From the NCBI RefSeq assembly GCF_009914755.1, contig NC_060933.1: a DNA stretch of 64,000 nt. One strand, 5' to 3'. This document shows positions 40,501-56,400 of the stretch, piece after piece. A model generated the notes under the pieces. That model was not told where the DNA came from. It saw only the letters and a list, made by a program, of their open reading frames with translations, and made no database searches. Made by a program: the position numbers and the translations under genes. Each line of letters begins with the position of its first letter. The stretch's first letter is position 1. The stretch is from the human T2T-CHM13v2.0 reference genome, Homo sapiens.

Positions 40501-42940
40501 ATGGAATGGAATGGAATGGAATTAACCCTAATAAAATGGAATGGAATGGAATGGAATGGAATGGAATGGAATGGAATGGAAGGGAATGGAATGGAATCAA
40601 CTCGATTTCAATGGAATGGAATGGAAAGGAATGGAATGGAATGAAAGGGAATGGAATGGAATGGAATGAAATTAAACCGAATAGAATGGAATGGAATGGA
40701 ATGGAATGGAATGGAATGGAATGGAATAGAATGGAATCCACCCGAGTGCAGGGGAATGGAATGGAATGGAATGGAATGGAATGGAATGCAATGGAATGGA
40801 ATCATACGGAATGGAATGGAATGGAATGGAATGGATTCAACCCGAATGGAATGGAAAGGAATGGAATCAACCCGAGTGGAATGGCATGGAATGGAGTGGA
40901 ATGGAATGGATTGGAATGGTACGGAATAGAATGGAAAGGAACGAAAAGGAATGGAATGGAATGGAATGGAATGGAATGGAATGCAATCAACCTGAGTGCA
41001 ATGGAATGGAGTGGAATGGAATGTAATGGAATGGAAACAACCCGAATGGAATAGAATGTAATGGAGTGTAAGGGAATTGAGTACAATCAATCCGAATGTA
41101 ATGGAATGGAATGGAACGGAATGGAATGGAGTGGAATGGAATTCAATGCAGTGGAATCGAATCATACCTAGTGGAATGGAATGGAATGGAATGGAATGGA
41201 ATGGAATGGAATGGAATGGAATGGATTGGATTCAACCCAAATGGAATGGAAAGCAATGGAATCAACCCGAGTGGAATGGCATGGAATGGAATGGAATGAA
41301 ATGGAATGGAATGGAATGGTACGGAATAGAATGGAATGGAACGAAATTTAATGGAATGGAAAGGAATGGAACTGAATGGAATGGAATCAACTCGATTGCA
41401 ATGTTATGTAATGGAATGGAATGGAATGGAATGGAATTAACGCGAATGGAATGGAATGCAATGGAATGGAATGGAATGGAATGCAATGGAATCAATCTGA
41501 GTGCAATGGGATGGAATGGAATGGAATGGAATGGAATTAACCTGAACAGAATGGAATGGAATGGAATGGAACGGAACGTAATGGAATGGAATGGAATGGA
41601 ATGCAATGCAATGGAATGGGATCAACCGGAGTGCAGGGGAATGGAACGGAATGGAATGCAATGGAATGGAGTCATCCGGAATGGAATGGAATGGAATGGA
41701 ATGCAACGGAATGGAAACAATCAACTCGAGTGCAATAGAATGCAGTGGAAAGGAATGGAATGGAAAGGAAAGTACCCGACTGGAATGGAATGAAATGGAG
41801 TGTAAGGGAATTAAAAAGAATCAATCCGAATGTAATGGAATGGAATGGAACGGAATGGAATGGAATGGAATGGATTGGAATGGAATGGAATGGAATGAAA
41901 TGGAATGGCATGGAATGGAATGGAATCAACCCGAGTGCAATGGAATGGAATCGAATGGAATGGAATGGAATGGAATGAATTCAACCCGAATGGAATGGAA
42001 AGGAATGGAATAAACCCGAGTGAAATGGCATGAAAGGGAATGGAATGGAATGGAATGGTACGGAATAGAATGGAATGGAACGAAATGGAATGGAATGGAA
42101 TGGAATGGAATGGAATGGAATAGAATGGAATGAACCCGTGTGCAATGGAATGGAATGGAATGGAATGGAATGGAATGGGTTAAACTCGAATAGAATGGAA
42201 AGGAATGGAATCAACCCGAGTGGAATGGCATGGAACGGAATGAAATGGAATGGAATGGAATGGAACGGAACGAAATGGAATGGAATGGAGTGGAACGGAA
42301 TGAAATGGAATGGAATGGAATGGAATGGAATGAAATGGAATGGAATGGAATGGAATGAAATGGAATGGAATGGAATGGAATGGAATCAACCCGAGTGCAA
42401 TGTAATGGAATGGAATGGAATTGAATGGAATGGAATGGAATGGAATGGAATGGATTCAACGCGAATGGAATGGAAAGGAATGGAATAAACCCGAGTGGAA
42501 TGGCATGGAATGGAGGGGAATGGAATGGAATGGAATGGAATGTTGTGGAAGAGATTGGAATGGAACGAAATGGAATGGAATGGAATTGAATGGAATGGAA
42601 TGGAATGGAATAGAATGAACCCGTGTGCAATGGAATGGAATGGAATGGAATGGAATGGAATGGAATGGAATGGAATGGAATGGATTCAACTCGAATGGAA
42701 TGGAAAGGAATGGAATCATCCCCAGTGGAATGGCATGGAATGGAATGGAATGGAATGGAATCAACCCGAGTGCAGGGGAATGGAATGGAATGGAAGGCAA
42801 TGGAATGGAATCATCCGGAATTGAATGGAATGGAATGGAATGGAATGGAATGGAATGGAATCAACTCGACTGAAATGGAATGGAATGGAATGGAATGGAA
42901 TGGCATGGAATGGAATTAACCCTAATAGAATGGAATGGAA
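34520..42940 (+). repeat. Recent tandem duplication, unit ~4.2-4.26 kb (34520-38680 and 38681-42940)
   Basis: Shared private variants: GGTTCAGAATAG 35254/39488, AACCAAA 36071/40330, TGTTATGTAAT 37138/41402, GGGTTAAACTCG 37918/42177, TGTTGTGGAAGAGATTGG 38282/42541, CTCGACTGAAAT 38606/42865. Many identical ORF pairs are offset by 4234-4259. Confidence 0.92.
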
Positions 42941-45900
42941 TGGAATGGAATGGAATGGAATGGAATGGAATGGAATGGAATGGAATTAACGTGAATAGAA
43001 TGGAATGGAATGGAATGGAATGGAATGGAATGGAATGGAATGGAATGGAATGGAATGCAATGCAATCAACTCGATTTCAATGGAATGGAATGGAAAGGAA
43101 TGGAATGGAAAGAAAGGGAATGGAATGGAATGGAATGAAATTAACCCGAATAGAATGGAATGCAATGGAATCGAATGGAATGGAATGCAATGGAATGGAA
43201 TAGAATGGAATCCACCCGAGTGCAGGGGAATGGAATGGAATAGAATGCAATGGAATTTTATCTTACGGAATGGAACGGAATGGAATGGAATGCAATTAAC
43301 CCGATTGCAATGGAATGGATTGGAATGGAATGGAACAGAATGGAAAGAACCCGAATGGAATGGAATGTAATGGAGTGTAAGGGAATTGAATAGAGTCAAT
43401 ACGAATGTAATGGAATGGAATGGAACGGAATTGAATGCAATGGAATGGAATGGAATGCAATGGAATGGGATCAACCCGAGTGCAATGGAATGGAATCGAA
43501 AGGAATGGAATGGAATGGAATGGTTTCAACCCGAATGGAATGGAAAGGCATGGAATCAACCCGAGTGGAATGGAATGGAATGGAATGGAATGGAATGGAA
43601 TGGAATGGAATGGAATGGAATGGAATGGAATGCAGTGGAATGTAATCAAACCTAGTGCAATGGAATGGAATGGAATGGAATGGAATGGAATGGATTAGAT
43701 TGGATTCAACCCAAATGGAATAGAAAGCAATGGAATCAACCCGAGTGGAATGGCATGGAATGGAATGGAATGGAATGGAATGGAATGGAATGGAATGGAA
43801 TGCTACGGAATAGAATGGAATGGAACGAAACGGAATGGAATGGAATGGAATGGAACGGAATGGAATGGAATCAACTCGATTGCAAAGGAATGTAATGTAA
43901 TGGAATGGAATGGAATTAACGCGAATAGAATGGAATGGAATGGAATGGAACGGAATGGAATGGAATGGAATGGAATGGAATCAATCTGTGTACAGGGGAA
44001 TGGAATGGAATGGAATGCAATGGAATGGAATGGAATGGAATGCAATGGAATCAACGCGATTGCAATGGGATGGAATGGAATGGAATGGAATGGAAGGGAA
44101 TGGAATAGAATGGAATTAACCTGAACAGAATGGAATGGAATTGAATGGAATGGAATGGAATGGAATGGAATGGAATGGAATGGAATGGAAAGCAATGGAA
44201 TGGGATCAACCCGAGTGCAGGGGAATGGAATGGAATAGAATGCAATGGAATGGAATCATCCGGAATGGAATAGAATGGAATGGAATGCAATGGAATGAAA
44301 TCAATCAACCCGAGTGCAATAGAATGCAGTGGAATGCAATGGAATGGAATGGAAAGTACCCGAATGGAATGGAATGTAATGGAGTGTAAGGGAAATAAAA
44401 AGAATGAATCCGAATGTAATGGAATGGAATGGAACGGAATGGAATGGAATGGAATTGAATGGAATGGAATGGAATGGAATGAAATGGAATGGCATGGAAT
44501 GGAATGGAACCAACCCGAGTGCAATGGAATGGAATGGAATGGAATGGAATGGAATGGAATGGATTCAACCCGAATGGATTGCAAAGGAATGGAATAAACC
44601 CGAGTGAAATGGCATGGAAGGGAATGGAATGGAATGTAATGGTATGGAATGGAATGGAATGGAAAGAAATGGAATGGAATGGAATGGAATGGAATGGAAT
44701 GGAATGGAATGGGTTCAACTCGAATGGAACGGAAAGGAATGGAATCAAACCGAGTGGAATGGCATGGAATGTAATGGAATGGAATGGAATGGATTGGAAT
44801 GGAATGGAATGGAATGGAATGGAATGGAATGGAATGGAATGGAATGGAATCAACCCGAGTGCAATGTAATGGAATGGAATGGAATGGAATGGAATGGAAT
44901 GGAATGGAATGGATTCAACCCGAATGGAATGGAAAGGAATGGATTAAACCCGATTGGAATGGCATGGAATGGAGTGGAATGGAATGGAACGGAATGGAAT
45001 GGTGCGGAAGAGAATGGAATGGAATGAAATGGAATGGAATGGAATTGAATGGAATGGAAAGGTATGGAATGGATTCAACCCGAGTGCAGGGGAATGGAAT
45101 GGAATGGAAGGCAATGGAATGGAATCATCCGGAATTGAATGGAATGGAATGGAATGGAATGGAATGGAATGGAATGGAATGGAATCAACCCGAGTGCAAT
45201 GTAATGTAATGGAATGTATGGAATGTAATGGAATGGAATGGAATGGAATGGAATGGAATGGAATCGAATGCATTCAAACCGAATGGAATGGAAAGGAATG
45301 GAATAAACCCGAGTGGAATGGCATGGAATGGAGTAGAATGGAATGGAATGTAATGGAATGGTGCAGAAGACAGTGGAATGGAACGAAATGCAATGGAATG
45401 GAATGGAATGGAATGGAATGGAATGGGTTCAACTCGAATGCAATGGAATGGAATGGAATCAACCCGATTGCAATTTAATGGAGTGGAATGGAATGTAATG
45501 GAACGGAAACAACCCGAATGGAATGGAATGTAATGGAGTGTAAGGGAATTGAATAGAATCAATACGAATGTAATGGAATGGAATGGAACGGAATGGAATG
45601 CAATGGAATGGAATGGAATGCAATGGAATGCGATCAACGCGAGTGTAATGGAATGGAATCGAAAGGAATGGAATGGAATGGAATTGTTTCAACCCGAATG
45701 GAATTGAAAGGAATGGAATCAACCCGAGTGGAATGGAATGGAATGGAATGGAATGAAATGGAATGGAATGGAATGTAATGGAATGGTGCGGAAGACAATG
45801 GAATGGAACGAAATGGAATGCAATGGAATGAAATGGAATGGCATAGAATGGAATGGAATCAACCCGAGTGCAATGGAATGGAATCGAATGGAATGGAATG

Positions 45901-48779
45901 GAATGGAATGGATTCAACCCGAATGGAATGGAAAGGAATGGAATTAACCCGAGTGAAATGGCAACGAAGGGAATGGAATGGAATGGAATGCTACGGAATA
46001 GAATGGAATGGAACGAAATGGAATGGAATGGAATGGAATGGAATGGAATGGAATGGAATGGAATGAACCCGTGTGCAATGGAATGGAATGGAATGGAATG
46101 GAATGGAATGGAATGCAATGGAATGGGTTCAACTCGAATGGAATGGAAAGGAATGGAATCAACCCCAGTGGAGTGGCATGGAATGGAATGGAATGGAATG
46201 GAATGGAATGGATTCAACCCCAATGGAATGGAAAGAAATGGAATAAACCCGAGTGGAATGGCATGGAATGGAGAGGAATGAAATGGAATGAAATGGAATG
46301 TTACGCAATAGAATGGAATGGAATGAAATGGAATGGAATGCAATTAAATGGAATAGAATGGAATGAACGCGTGTGCAATGGAATGGAATCGAATGGAATG
46401 GAATGCAATGGAATGCATTCATCTCGAATGGAATGGAAAGGAATGGAATCAACCCGAGTGGAATGGCATGGAATGGAATGGAATGGAATGGTACGGAATA
46501 GAATGGAATAGAATGAAATGGAATGGAATGGAAGGGAATGGAATGGAATGGAATGGAATGGAATAGAATGGAAACCACCCGAGTGCAGGGGAATGGAATG
46601 GAATGCAATGCAATGGAATGGAATGGAATTGATTCAACCCAAATGGAATGGAAACGAATGGAATCAACCCGAGTGGAATGGCATTGAATAGAATGGAATG
46701 GAGTGGAATGCAATGGTACGGAATAGAATGGAATGCAACGAAATGGAATGGAATGGAATGGAATGCAATGGAATGGTATCAATCAACCCGAGTGCAATAG
46801 AATGCAGTGGAATGGAATGGAATGGAATGGAAACTACCCGAAAGGAATGGAATGTAATGGACTGTAAGGGAATTAAAAAGAATCAATCCGAATGTAATGG
46901 AATGGAATGGAACGGAATGGAATGGAATGTTATGGAATGGAATGAAATGGAATGAAATGGAATGGCATAGAATGGAATGGAATCAACCCGAGTGCAATGG
47001 AATGGAAAGGAATGGAATGGAATGCAATGGAATGGATTCAACCCGAATGGAATGGAAAGGAATGGAATAAACCCGAGTGAAATGGCATGGAAGGGAATGG
47101 AATGGTACGGAATAGAATGGAATGGAACGAAAAGGAATGGAATGGAATGGAATGGAATGGAATGCAATAGAATCAACTCGATTGCAATGGGATGGATTGG
47201 AACCGAACGGAATGGAATGGAAGGGAATGGAATGGAATTAACCTGAACAGAATGGAATGCAATGGAATGGAATGGAACGGAATGGAATGGAATGGAATGG
47301 AATGGAATGGAATGCAATGGAATGGGATCAACCCGAGTGCAGGGGCATGGAATGGAATGGAATGCAATGGAATGGAATCATCCGGAATGGAATGGAATGG
47401 AATGGAATGCAATGGAATGGAATCAATCAACCCGAGTACAATAGAATGCAGTGGAATGCAATGGAATGGAATGGAAAGTACCCGAATGGAATGGAATGTA
47501 ATGGAGTGTAAGGGAATTAAAAAGAATCAATCGGAATGTAATGGAATGGAATGGAGCGGAATGGAATGGAATGGAATGGAATTAACACGAATAGAATGGA
47601 ATGGAATGGAATGGAACGGAATAGAATGGAATGGAATGGAATCAATCTGAGTGCAGGGGAATGGAAGGGAATGGAATGCAATGGAATGGAATGGAATGGA
47701 ATGGAATGGAATGCAATGGAATCAACTCGATTGCAATGGGATGGAATGGAATGGAATGTAATGGAAGGGAATGGAATGGAATGGAATTAACCTGAACAGA
47801 ATGGAATGGAATGGAATGGAACGGAATGGAATGGAATGAAATGGAATGGAATGGAATGGAATGGAATGCAATGGAATGGGATCAACCCGAGTGCAGGGGA
47901 ATGGAATGGAATGGAATGCAATGGAATGGAATCATCCGGAATGGAAAGGAATGGAATGGAATACAATGGAATGGAATCAATCAACCCGAGTGCAATAGAA
48001 TGCAGTGGAATGGAATGGAATGGAATGGAAAATACCCGAATCGAATGGAATGTAATGGAGTGTAAGGGAATTAAAAACAATCACTCCGAATGTAATGGAA
48101 TGGAATGGAACGGAACGGAACGGAACGGAATGGAATGGAATGGAATGGAATGGAATGGAATGAAATGGAATGGCATGGAATGGATTCAACCCGAATGGAA
48201 TGGAAAGGAATGGAATAAACCCGAGTGAAATGGCATGTAAGGGAATGGAATGGAATGGAATGGTAAGGAGTAGAATGCAATGGAACGAAATTTAATGGAA
48301 TGGAACGGAATGGAATGGAATGGAATGGAATGAACCCGTGTCCAATGGAATGGAATGGAATGGAATGGAATGGAATGGAAAGGGTTCAACTCGAATGGAA
48401 TGCAAAGGAATGGAATCAACCCGAGTGGAATGGCATGGAATGGAATGGAATGGAATGGAATGGAATGAAATGGAATGGAAGGGAATGGAATGAAATGGAA
48501 TGGAATGGAATGGAATCAACCTGAGTGCAATGTAATGGAATTGAATGGAATGGAAAGGAATGCAATGGAATGAATTCAACCCGAATGGAATGGAAAGGAA
48601 TGGAATAAACACGAGTGGAATGGCATGGAATGGAGTGGAATGGAATGGAATGGAATACTACGGAAGAGAATGGAATGGAACGAAATGGACTGGATTGGAA
48701 TGGAATGGAATGAACCCGTGAGCAATGGAATGGAATCGAATGGAATGGAATGGAATGGAATGGAGTTAACTCGAATGCA

Positions 48780-51700
48780 ATGGAAAGGAATGGAATCAAC
48801 CCGAGTGGAATGGCATGGAATGGAATGGAATGGAATGGAATGGAATGGAATGGAATGGAATCAACCCGAGTGCAGAGGAATGGAATGGAATGGAATGGAA
48901 GGCAATGGAATGGAATCATCCGGAATTGAATGGAATGGAATGGAATGGAATGGAATGGAATGGAATGGAATCAACTCGATTGCAATGGAATGGAATTGAA
49001 TTGAATGGAATGGAATGGAATGGAATGGAATTAACCCTAATAGAATGGAATGAAATGAAATGGAATGGAATGGAATGGAATGGAAGGGAATGGAATGGAA
49101 TCAAATGGAATTAACCCGAATAGAATGGAATGGAATGGAATGGAATGGAATGGAATCAACTCGATTTCAATGGAATGGAATGGAATGAAATCAACTCGAT
49201 TTCAATGGAATGGAATGGAATGGAATGGAATGGAAGGGAATGGAATGGAATGGAATGAAATTAAACCGAATAGATTGGAATGGAATGGAATGGAATGGAA
49301 TGGAATGGAATGGAATAGAATGGAATCCACCCGAGTGTAGGGGAATGGAATGGAATGGAATGCAATGGAATGGAATCTTACGGAATGGAATGGAATGGAA
49401 TGGAATGGAATGCAATGGAATGGAATGGAATCAACCCGACTGTAACGGAATGGAGTGGAATGGAATGGAATGGAATGGAAACAACCCGAATGGAATGGAA
49501 TGTAATGGAGAGTAAGGGAATTGAATAGAATCAATACGAATGTAATGGAATGGAATGGAACGGAATGGAATGCAATGGAATGGAATGGAATGCAATGGAA
49601 TGGGATCAACCCGAGTGCAATGGAATGGAATCGAAAGGAATGGAATGGAATGGAAAGGTTTCAACCCGAATGGAATGGAAAGGAATGGAATCAACCCGAG
49701 TGGAATGGAATGGAATGGAATGGAATGGAAAGGAATGGAACGGAATGGAATGGAATGGAATGGAATGGAATGGAATGCAGTGGAATAGAATCAAACCTAG
49801 TGCAATGGAATGGAATGGAATGGAATGGAATGGTACGGAATAGAATGGAAAGGAACGAAATGGAATGGAATGAAATGGAATGGAACGGAATGGAATGGAA
49901 TCAACTCGATTGCAAAGGACCGTAATGTAATGGAATGGGATGGAATTAACGCGAATAGAATGGAATGGAATGGAATGGAACGGAATGGAATGGAATGGAA
50001 TGGAATGGAATGGAATGGAATGGAATGGAATCAATCTGTGTGCAGGGGAATGGAATGGAATGGAATGCAATGGAATGGAATGGAATGGAATGCAATGGAA
50101 TCAACTCGATTGCAATGGGATGGAAAGGAATGGAATGGAATGGAAGGGAATGGAATGGAATGGAATTAACCTGAACAGAATGGAATGGAATGGAACGGAA
50201 GGGAATGGAATGGAATGGAATGGAATGGAATTGAATGGAATGGAATGCAATGGAATGGGATCAACCCGAGTGCAGGTGAATGGAATGGAATGGAATGCAA
50301 TGGAATGGAATCATACGGAATGGAATGGAATGGAATGGAATGCAATGGAATGGAATCAATCAACCCGAGTGTAATAGAATGCAGTGGAATGGAAAGGAAT
50401 GGAATGGAAAGTACCCGAATGGAATGGAATGTAATGGAGTGTAAGGGAATCAAAATGAATCAATCCGAATGTAATGGAATGGAATGGAACGGAATGGAAT
50501 GGAATGGAATGGAATGGAATGAAATGGAATGGCATGGAATGGAATGGAATCAACCCGAGTGCAATGGAATGGAATGGAATGGAATGGAATGGAATGGAAT
50601 GGAATGTAATGGATTCAACCCGAATGGAATGGAAAGGAATGGAATAAACCCGAGTGAAATGGCATGGAAGGGAATGGAATAGTATGGAATGGAATGGTAC
50701 GGAATAGAATGGAATGGAACGAAATGGAATGGAATGGAATGGAATAGAATGCAATGGAATGGAATGGAATGGAATGAACCCGTGTGCAATGGAATGGAAT
50801 GGAATGGAATGGAATGGAATAGAATGGAATGGAATGGAATGGAATGCAATGGAATGGATTCAACTCTTATGGAATGGAAAGTAATGGAATCAACCCGAGT
50901 GGAATGGCATGGAATGGAATGGAATGGAATGGAATGGAATGAAATGGAATCAACCCGAGTGCAGAGGAATGGAATGGAATGGAATGGAAGGCAATGGAAT
51001 GGAATCATCCGGAATTGAATGGAATGGAATGGAATGGAATCAACTCGATTGCAATGGAATGGAATGGAATGGAATGGAATGGAATGGAATGGAATTAAAC
51101 CTAATAGAATGGAATGAAATGGAATGGAATGGAATGGAAGGGAAGGGAATGGAATGGAATGGAATGGAATGGAATTAACCCGAATAGAATGGAATGGAAT
51201 GGAATGGAATGGAATCAACTCGATTTCAATGGAATGGAATGGAATGGAATCAACTAGATTTCAATGGAATGGAATGGAATGGAATGGAATGGAAGTGAAT
51301 GGAATGGAATGGAATGAAATTAACCCGAATACATTGGAATGGAATGGAATAGAATGGAATGGAATGGAATGGAATAGAATGGAATCCACCCTAGTGCAGG
51401 GGAATGGAATGGAATGGAATGCAATGGAATGGAATCATACGGAATGGAATGGAATGGAATGGAATGGAATGGAATCAACCCGATTGTAATGGAATGGAGT
51501 GGAATGGAATGGAATGGAATGGAAACAACCCGAATGGAATGGAATGTAATGGAGAGTAAGGGAATTGAATAGAATCAATACGAATGTAATGGAATGGAAT
51601 GGAACGGAATGGAATGCAATGGAATGGAATGGAATGCAATGGAATGGGATCAACCCGAGTGCAATAGAATGGAATCGTAAGGAATGGAATGGAATGCAAA

Positions 51701-52990
51701 GGTTTCAACCCGAATGGAATGGAAAGGTATGGAATCAACCCGAGTGTAATGGAATGGAATGGAATGGAATGGAAAGGAATGGAATGGAATGGAATGGAAT
51801 GGAATGGAATGGAATGGAATGCAGTGGAATAGAATCAAACCTAGTGCAATAGAATGGAATGGAATGGAATGCAATGGAATGGAATGGTTTGGATTCAACC
51901 CAAATGGAATGGAAAGCAATGGAATCAACCCGAGTGGAATGGCATGGAATGGAATAGAATGGAATGGAATGGAATGGAATGGTACGGAATAGAATGGAAT
52001 GGAACGAAATGGAATGGAATGGAATGGAATGGAACGGAATGGAATGGAATCAACTCGATTGCAAAGTAACGTAATGTAATGGAATGGGATGGAACTAACG
52101 CGAATAGAATGGAATGGAATGGAATGGAACGGAATGGAATGGAATGGAATGGAATGAAATGGAATGGAATCAATCGGTGTGCAGGGGAATGGAATGGAAT
52201 GGAATGCAATGGAATGGAATGGAATGCAATGCAATGGAATCAACTCGATTGCAATGGGATGGAATGGAATGGAATGGAAGGGAATGGAATGGAATGGAGT
52301 TAACCTGAACAGAATGGAACGGAATGGAACGGAAGGGAATGGAATGGAATGGAATGGAATGGAATTGAATGGAATGGAATGCAATGGAATGGGATCAACC
52401 CGACTGCAGGTGAATGGAATGGAATGGAATGCAATGGAATGGAATCATCCGAAATGGAATGGAATGGAATGGAATGCAATGGAACGGAATCAATCAACCC
52501 GAGTGCAATAGAATGCAGTGGAATGGAATGGAATGGAATGGAAAGTACCCGAATGGAATGGAATGTAATGGAGTGTAAGGGAATCAAAGAGAATCAATCC
52601 GAATGTAATGGAATGGAATGGAACGGAATGGAATGGAATGGAATGAAATGGAATGGCATGGAATGGAATGGAATCAACCCGAGAGCAATGGAATGGAATC
52701 GAATGGAATGGAATGGAATGGAATGTATTCAACCCGAATGGAATGGAAAGGAATGGAATAAACCCGAGTGAAATGGCATGGAAGGGAATGGAATGGAATG
52801 GAATGGAATGGTACGGAATAGAATGGAATGGAATGAAATGGAATGGAATGGAATGGAATAGAATGGAATGGAATGGAATGGAATGGAATGAACCCGTGTG
52901 CAATGGAATGGAATGGAATGGAATGGAATGCAATGGAATGGATTCAACTCTTATGGAATAGAAACGAATGGAATCAACCCGAGTGGAATG
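48780..52990 (+). repeat. Older tandem duplication, unit ~2.1 kb
   Basis: Shared variants TGCAGAGG 48871/50960, AAAGGTTTCAACC 49654/51698, GCAGGTGAAT 50272/52406, CAACTCTTATGG 50861/52945 (offsets 2044-2134). Confidence 0.75.
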
Positions 52991-53469
52991 GCATGGAATG
53001 GAATGGAATGGAATGGAATGGAATGGAATGGAATGGTACGGAATAGAATGGAATGGAATGGAATGGAATGTTATGGAATGGAATGGAATGGAATTGAATG
53101 GAATGGAGTAGAATGGAATCCACCCGAGTCCAGGGGACTGGAATGGAATGGAATGCAATGGAATGGAATGGAATGGATTCAACCCGAATGGAATGGAAAG
53201 GAATGGAATCAACCCGAGTGGAATGGCATGGAATGGAATGGAATGGAATGGAATGGAATGGTACGGAATAGAATGGAATGGAACGAAATGGAATGGAATG
53301 GAATGGAATGGAATGGAATCCACCTGAGTGCAATGGAATGGAGTGGAATGGAATGTAGTGGAATGGAAACAACCCGAATGGAATGGAATGTAATGGAGTG
53401 TAAGGGAATTGAGTACAATCAATCCGAATGGAATGGAACGGAATGGAATGGAATGGAATGGAATGGAAT

Positions 53470-56400
53470 GGAATGCAGTGGAATGGAAACATACCTAGTG
53501 CAAAGGAATGGAATGGAATGGAATGGAATGGAATGGAATGGATTGGATTCAACCCAAATGGAATGGAAAGCAATGGAATCAACCCGAGCGGAATGGCATG
53601 GAATGGAAAGGAAAGAAATGGAATGGAATGGAATGGTACGGAATAGAAGGAAATGGAACGAAATGGAATGGAATGCAATGGAATGGAACGGAATGGAATG
53701 GAATCAACTCGATTGCAATGTAATGTAATGGAATGGAATGCAAAGGAATTAACGCGAATAGAATGGAATGGAATGAAATGGAACGGAATGGAATGGAATG
53801 GAATGGAATGGAATCAGTCTGTGTGCAGGGGAATGGAATGGAATGGTATGCAATGGAATGGAATGGAATGGAATGGAATGGAATCAACTCGATTGCAATG
53901 GGATGGAATGGAATGGAATGGAATGGAAGGGAATGGACTGGAAGGGAATTAACCTGAACAGAATGGAATGGAATGGAATGGAATGGAATGGAATGGAATG
54001 GAATGCAATGGAATGGGATCAACCCGAGTGCAGGGGAATGGAATGGAATGGAATGCAATGGAATGGAGTCATCCGGAATGGAATGGAATGGAATGGAATG
54101 CAAAGGAATGGAATCAATCAACCAGAGTGCAATAGAATGCAGTGGAAAGGAATGGAATGGAATGTAAATTACCCGAATGGAATGGAATGTAATGGAGTGT
54201 AAGGGAATTAAAAAGAATCAATCCGAATGTAATGGAATGGAATGGAACGGAATGGAATGGAATGGAATGGAATGGAATGGAATGCAATGGAATGGAATCA
54301 ACCCGAGTGCAAGGGAATGGAGAGGAATGGAATGGAATGGAATGGAATGGAATGGAATGGAATGGATTCAACCCGAATGGAATGGAAAGGAATGGAATAA
54401 ACCCGAGTGAAATGGCATGGAAGTGAATGGAATGGAATGGAATGGTACGGAATAGAATGGAATGGAACGAAATGGAATGGAATGTAATGTAATGAAATGG
54501 AATGGAATGAACCCGTGTGCAATGGAATGGAATGGAATGGAATGGAATGGGTTCAACTCGAATGAAACGGAAAGGAATGGAATCAACCCGAGTGGAATGG
54601 CATGGAATGGAATGGAATGGAATGGAATGGAATGGAATGGAATGAACCCGTGTGCAATGGAATGGAATCGAATGGAATGGAATGGAGTGGAATGGATTCA
54701 AGTCGAATGGAATGGAAATGAATGGAATCAACCCGAGTGGAATGGCATGGAATGGAATGGAATGAAATGGAATGGAATGGAATGGTACGGAATAGAACGG
54801 AATGAAACGAAATGGAATGGAATGGAATGGAATGGAACGGAATGGAATGGAAAGGAATGGAATGGAATCAACCCGAGTGCAGGGGAATGGAATGGAATGG
54901 AAGGCAATGGAATGCAATCAACCGGAATTGAATGGAATGGAATGGAATGGAATGGAATCAACTCGATTGCAATGGAATGTAATGGAATGGAATGGAATGG
55001 AATTAACCCTAATAGAATGGAATGGAATGGAATGGAAGGGAATGGAATGGAATGGAATTAACCGGAATAGAATGGAATGGAATGGAATGGAATGGAATGG
55101 AATGGAATGAAATGGAATCAACTCGATTTCAATGGAATGGAATGGAATGGAATGGAATGGAATGGAATGGAATAGAATGAAATTAACCCGAATAGAATGG
55201 AATGGAATGGAATGGAATGGAATAGAGTGGAATGGAATGGAATGGAATATAATGGAATCCACCCGAGTGCAGGGGAATGGAATGGAATGGAATGCAATGG
55301 AATGGAATCATACGGAATGGAATGGAATGGAATGGAATGGAAACAACCCGATTGCAATGGAATGGAGTGGAATGGAATGGAATGGAATGGAAACAACCCG
55401 AATGGAATGGAATGGAATGGATTGTAAGGGAATTGAATAGAATCAATAGGAATGTAATGGAATGGAATGGAACGGAATGGAATGCAATGGAATGGAATGG
55501 AATCCAATGGAATGGGTTCAACCCGAGTGCAATGGAATGGAATCGAAAGTAATGGAATGGAATGGAATGGATTCAACACGAATGGAATGGAAAGGAATGG
55601 AATCAACCCGAGTGGAATGGAATTTAATGGAATGGAATGGAATGGAATGCAGTGAAATGGAATCAAACCTAGTGCAATGGAATGGAATGGAATGGAATGG
55701 AATGGATTAGATTCAACCCAAATGGAATGGAAAGCAATAGAATCAACCCGAGTGGAATGGCATGGAATGGAATGGAATGGAATGGAATGGAATGGAATGG
55801 AATAGTACGGAATAGAATGGAATGGAACGAAATGGAATGGAATGGAATGGAATGGAATGGAATGGAATGGAATGGAATGGAATGGAATAGAATGGAATCC
55901 ACCCGATTGCAGGGGAATGGAATGGAATGGAATGCAATGGAATGGAATGGAATGGATTCAACCCGAATGGAATGGAAAGGAATGGAATAAACCCGAGTGA
56001 AATGGCATGGAAGGGAATGGAATGGAATGGAATGGTACGGAGTAGAATGGAATAGAACGAAATGGAATGGAATGGAATGGAATGGAATGGAATGCAGTGG
56101 AATGGAAACATACCTAGTGCAAAGGAATGGAATGGAATGGAATGGAATGGAATGGAATGGAATGGAATGGATTGGATTCAACCCAAATGGAATGGAAAGC
56201 AATGGAATCAACCCGAGCGGAATGGCATGGAATGGAAAGGAAAGAAATGGAATGGAATGGAATGGTACGGAATAGAAGGAAATGGAACGAAATGGAATGG
56301 AATGCAATGGAATGGAACGGAATGGAATGGAATCAACTCGATTGCAATGTAATGTAATGGAATGGAATGCAAAGGAATTAACGCGAATAGAATGGAATGG

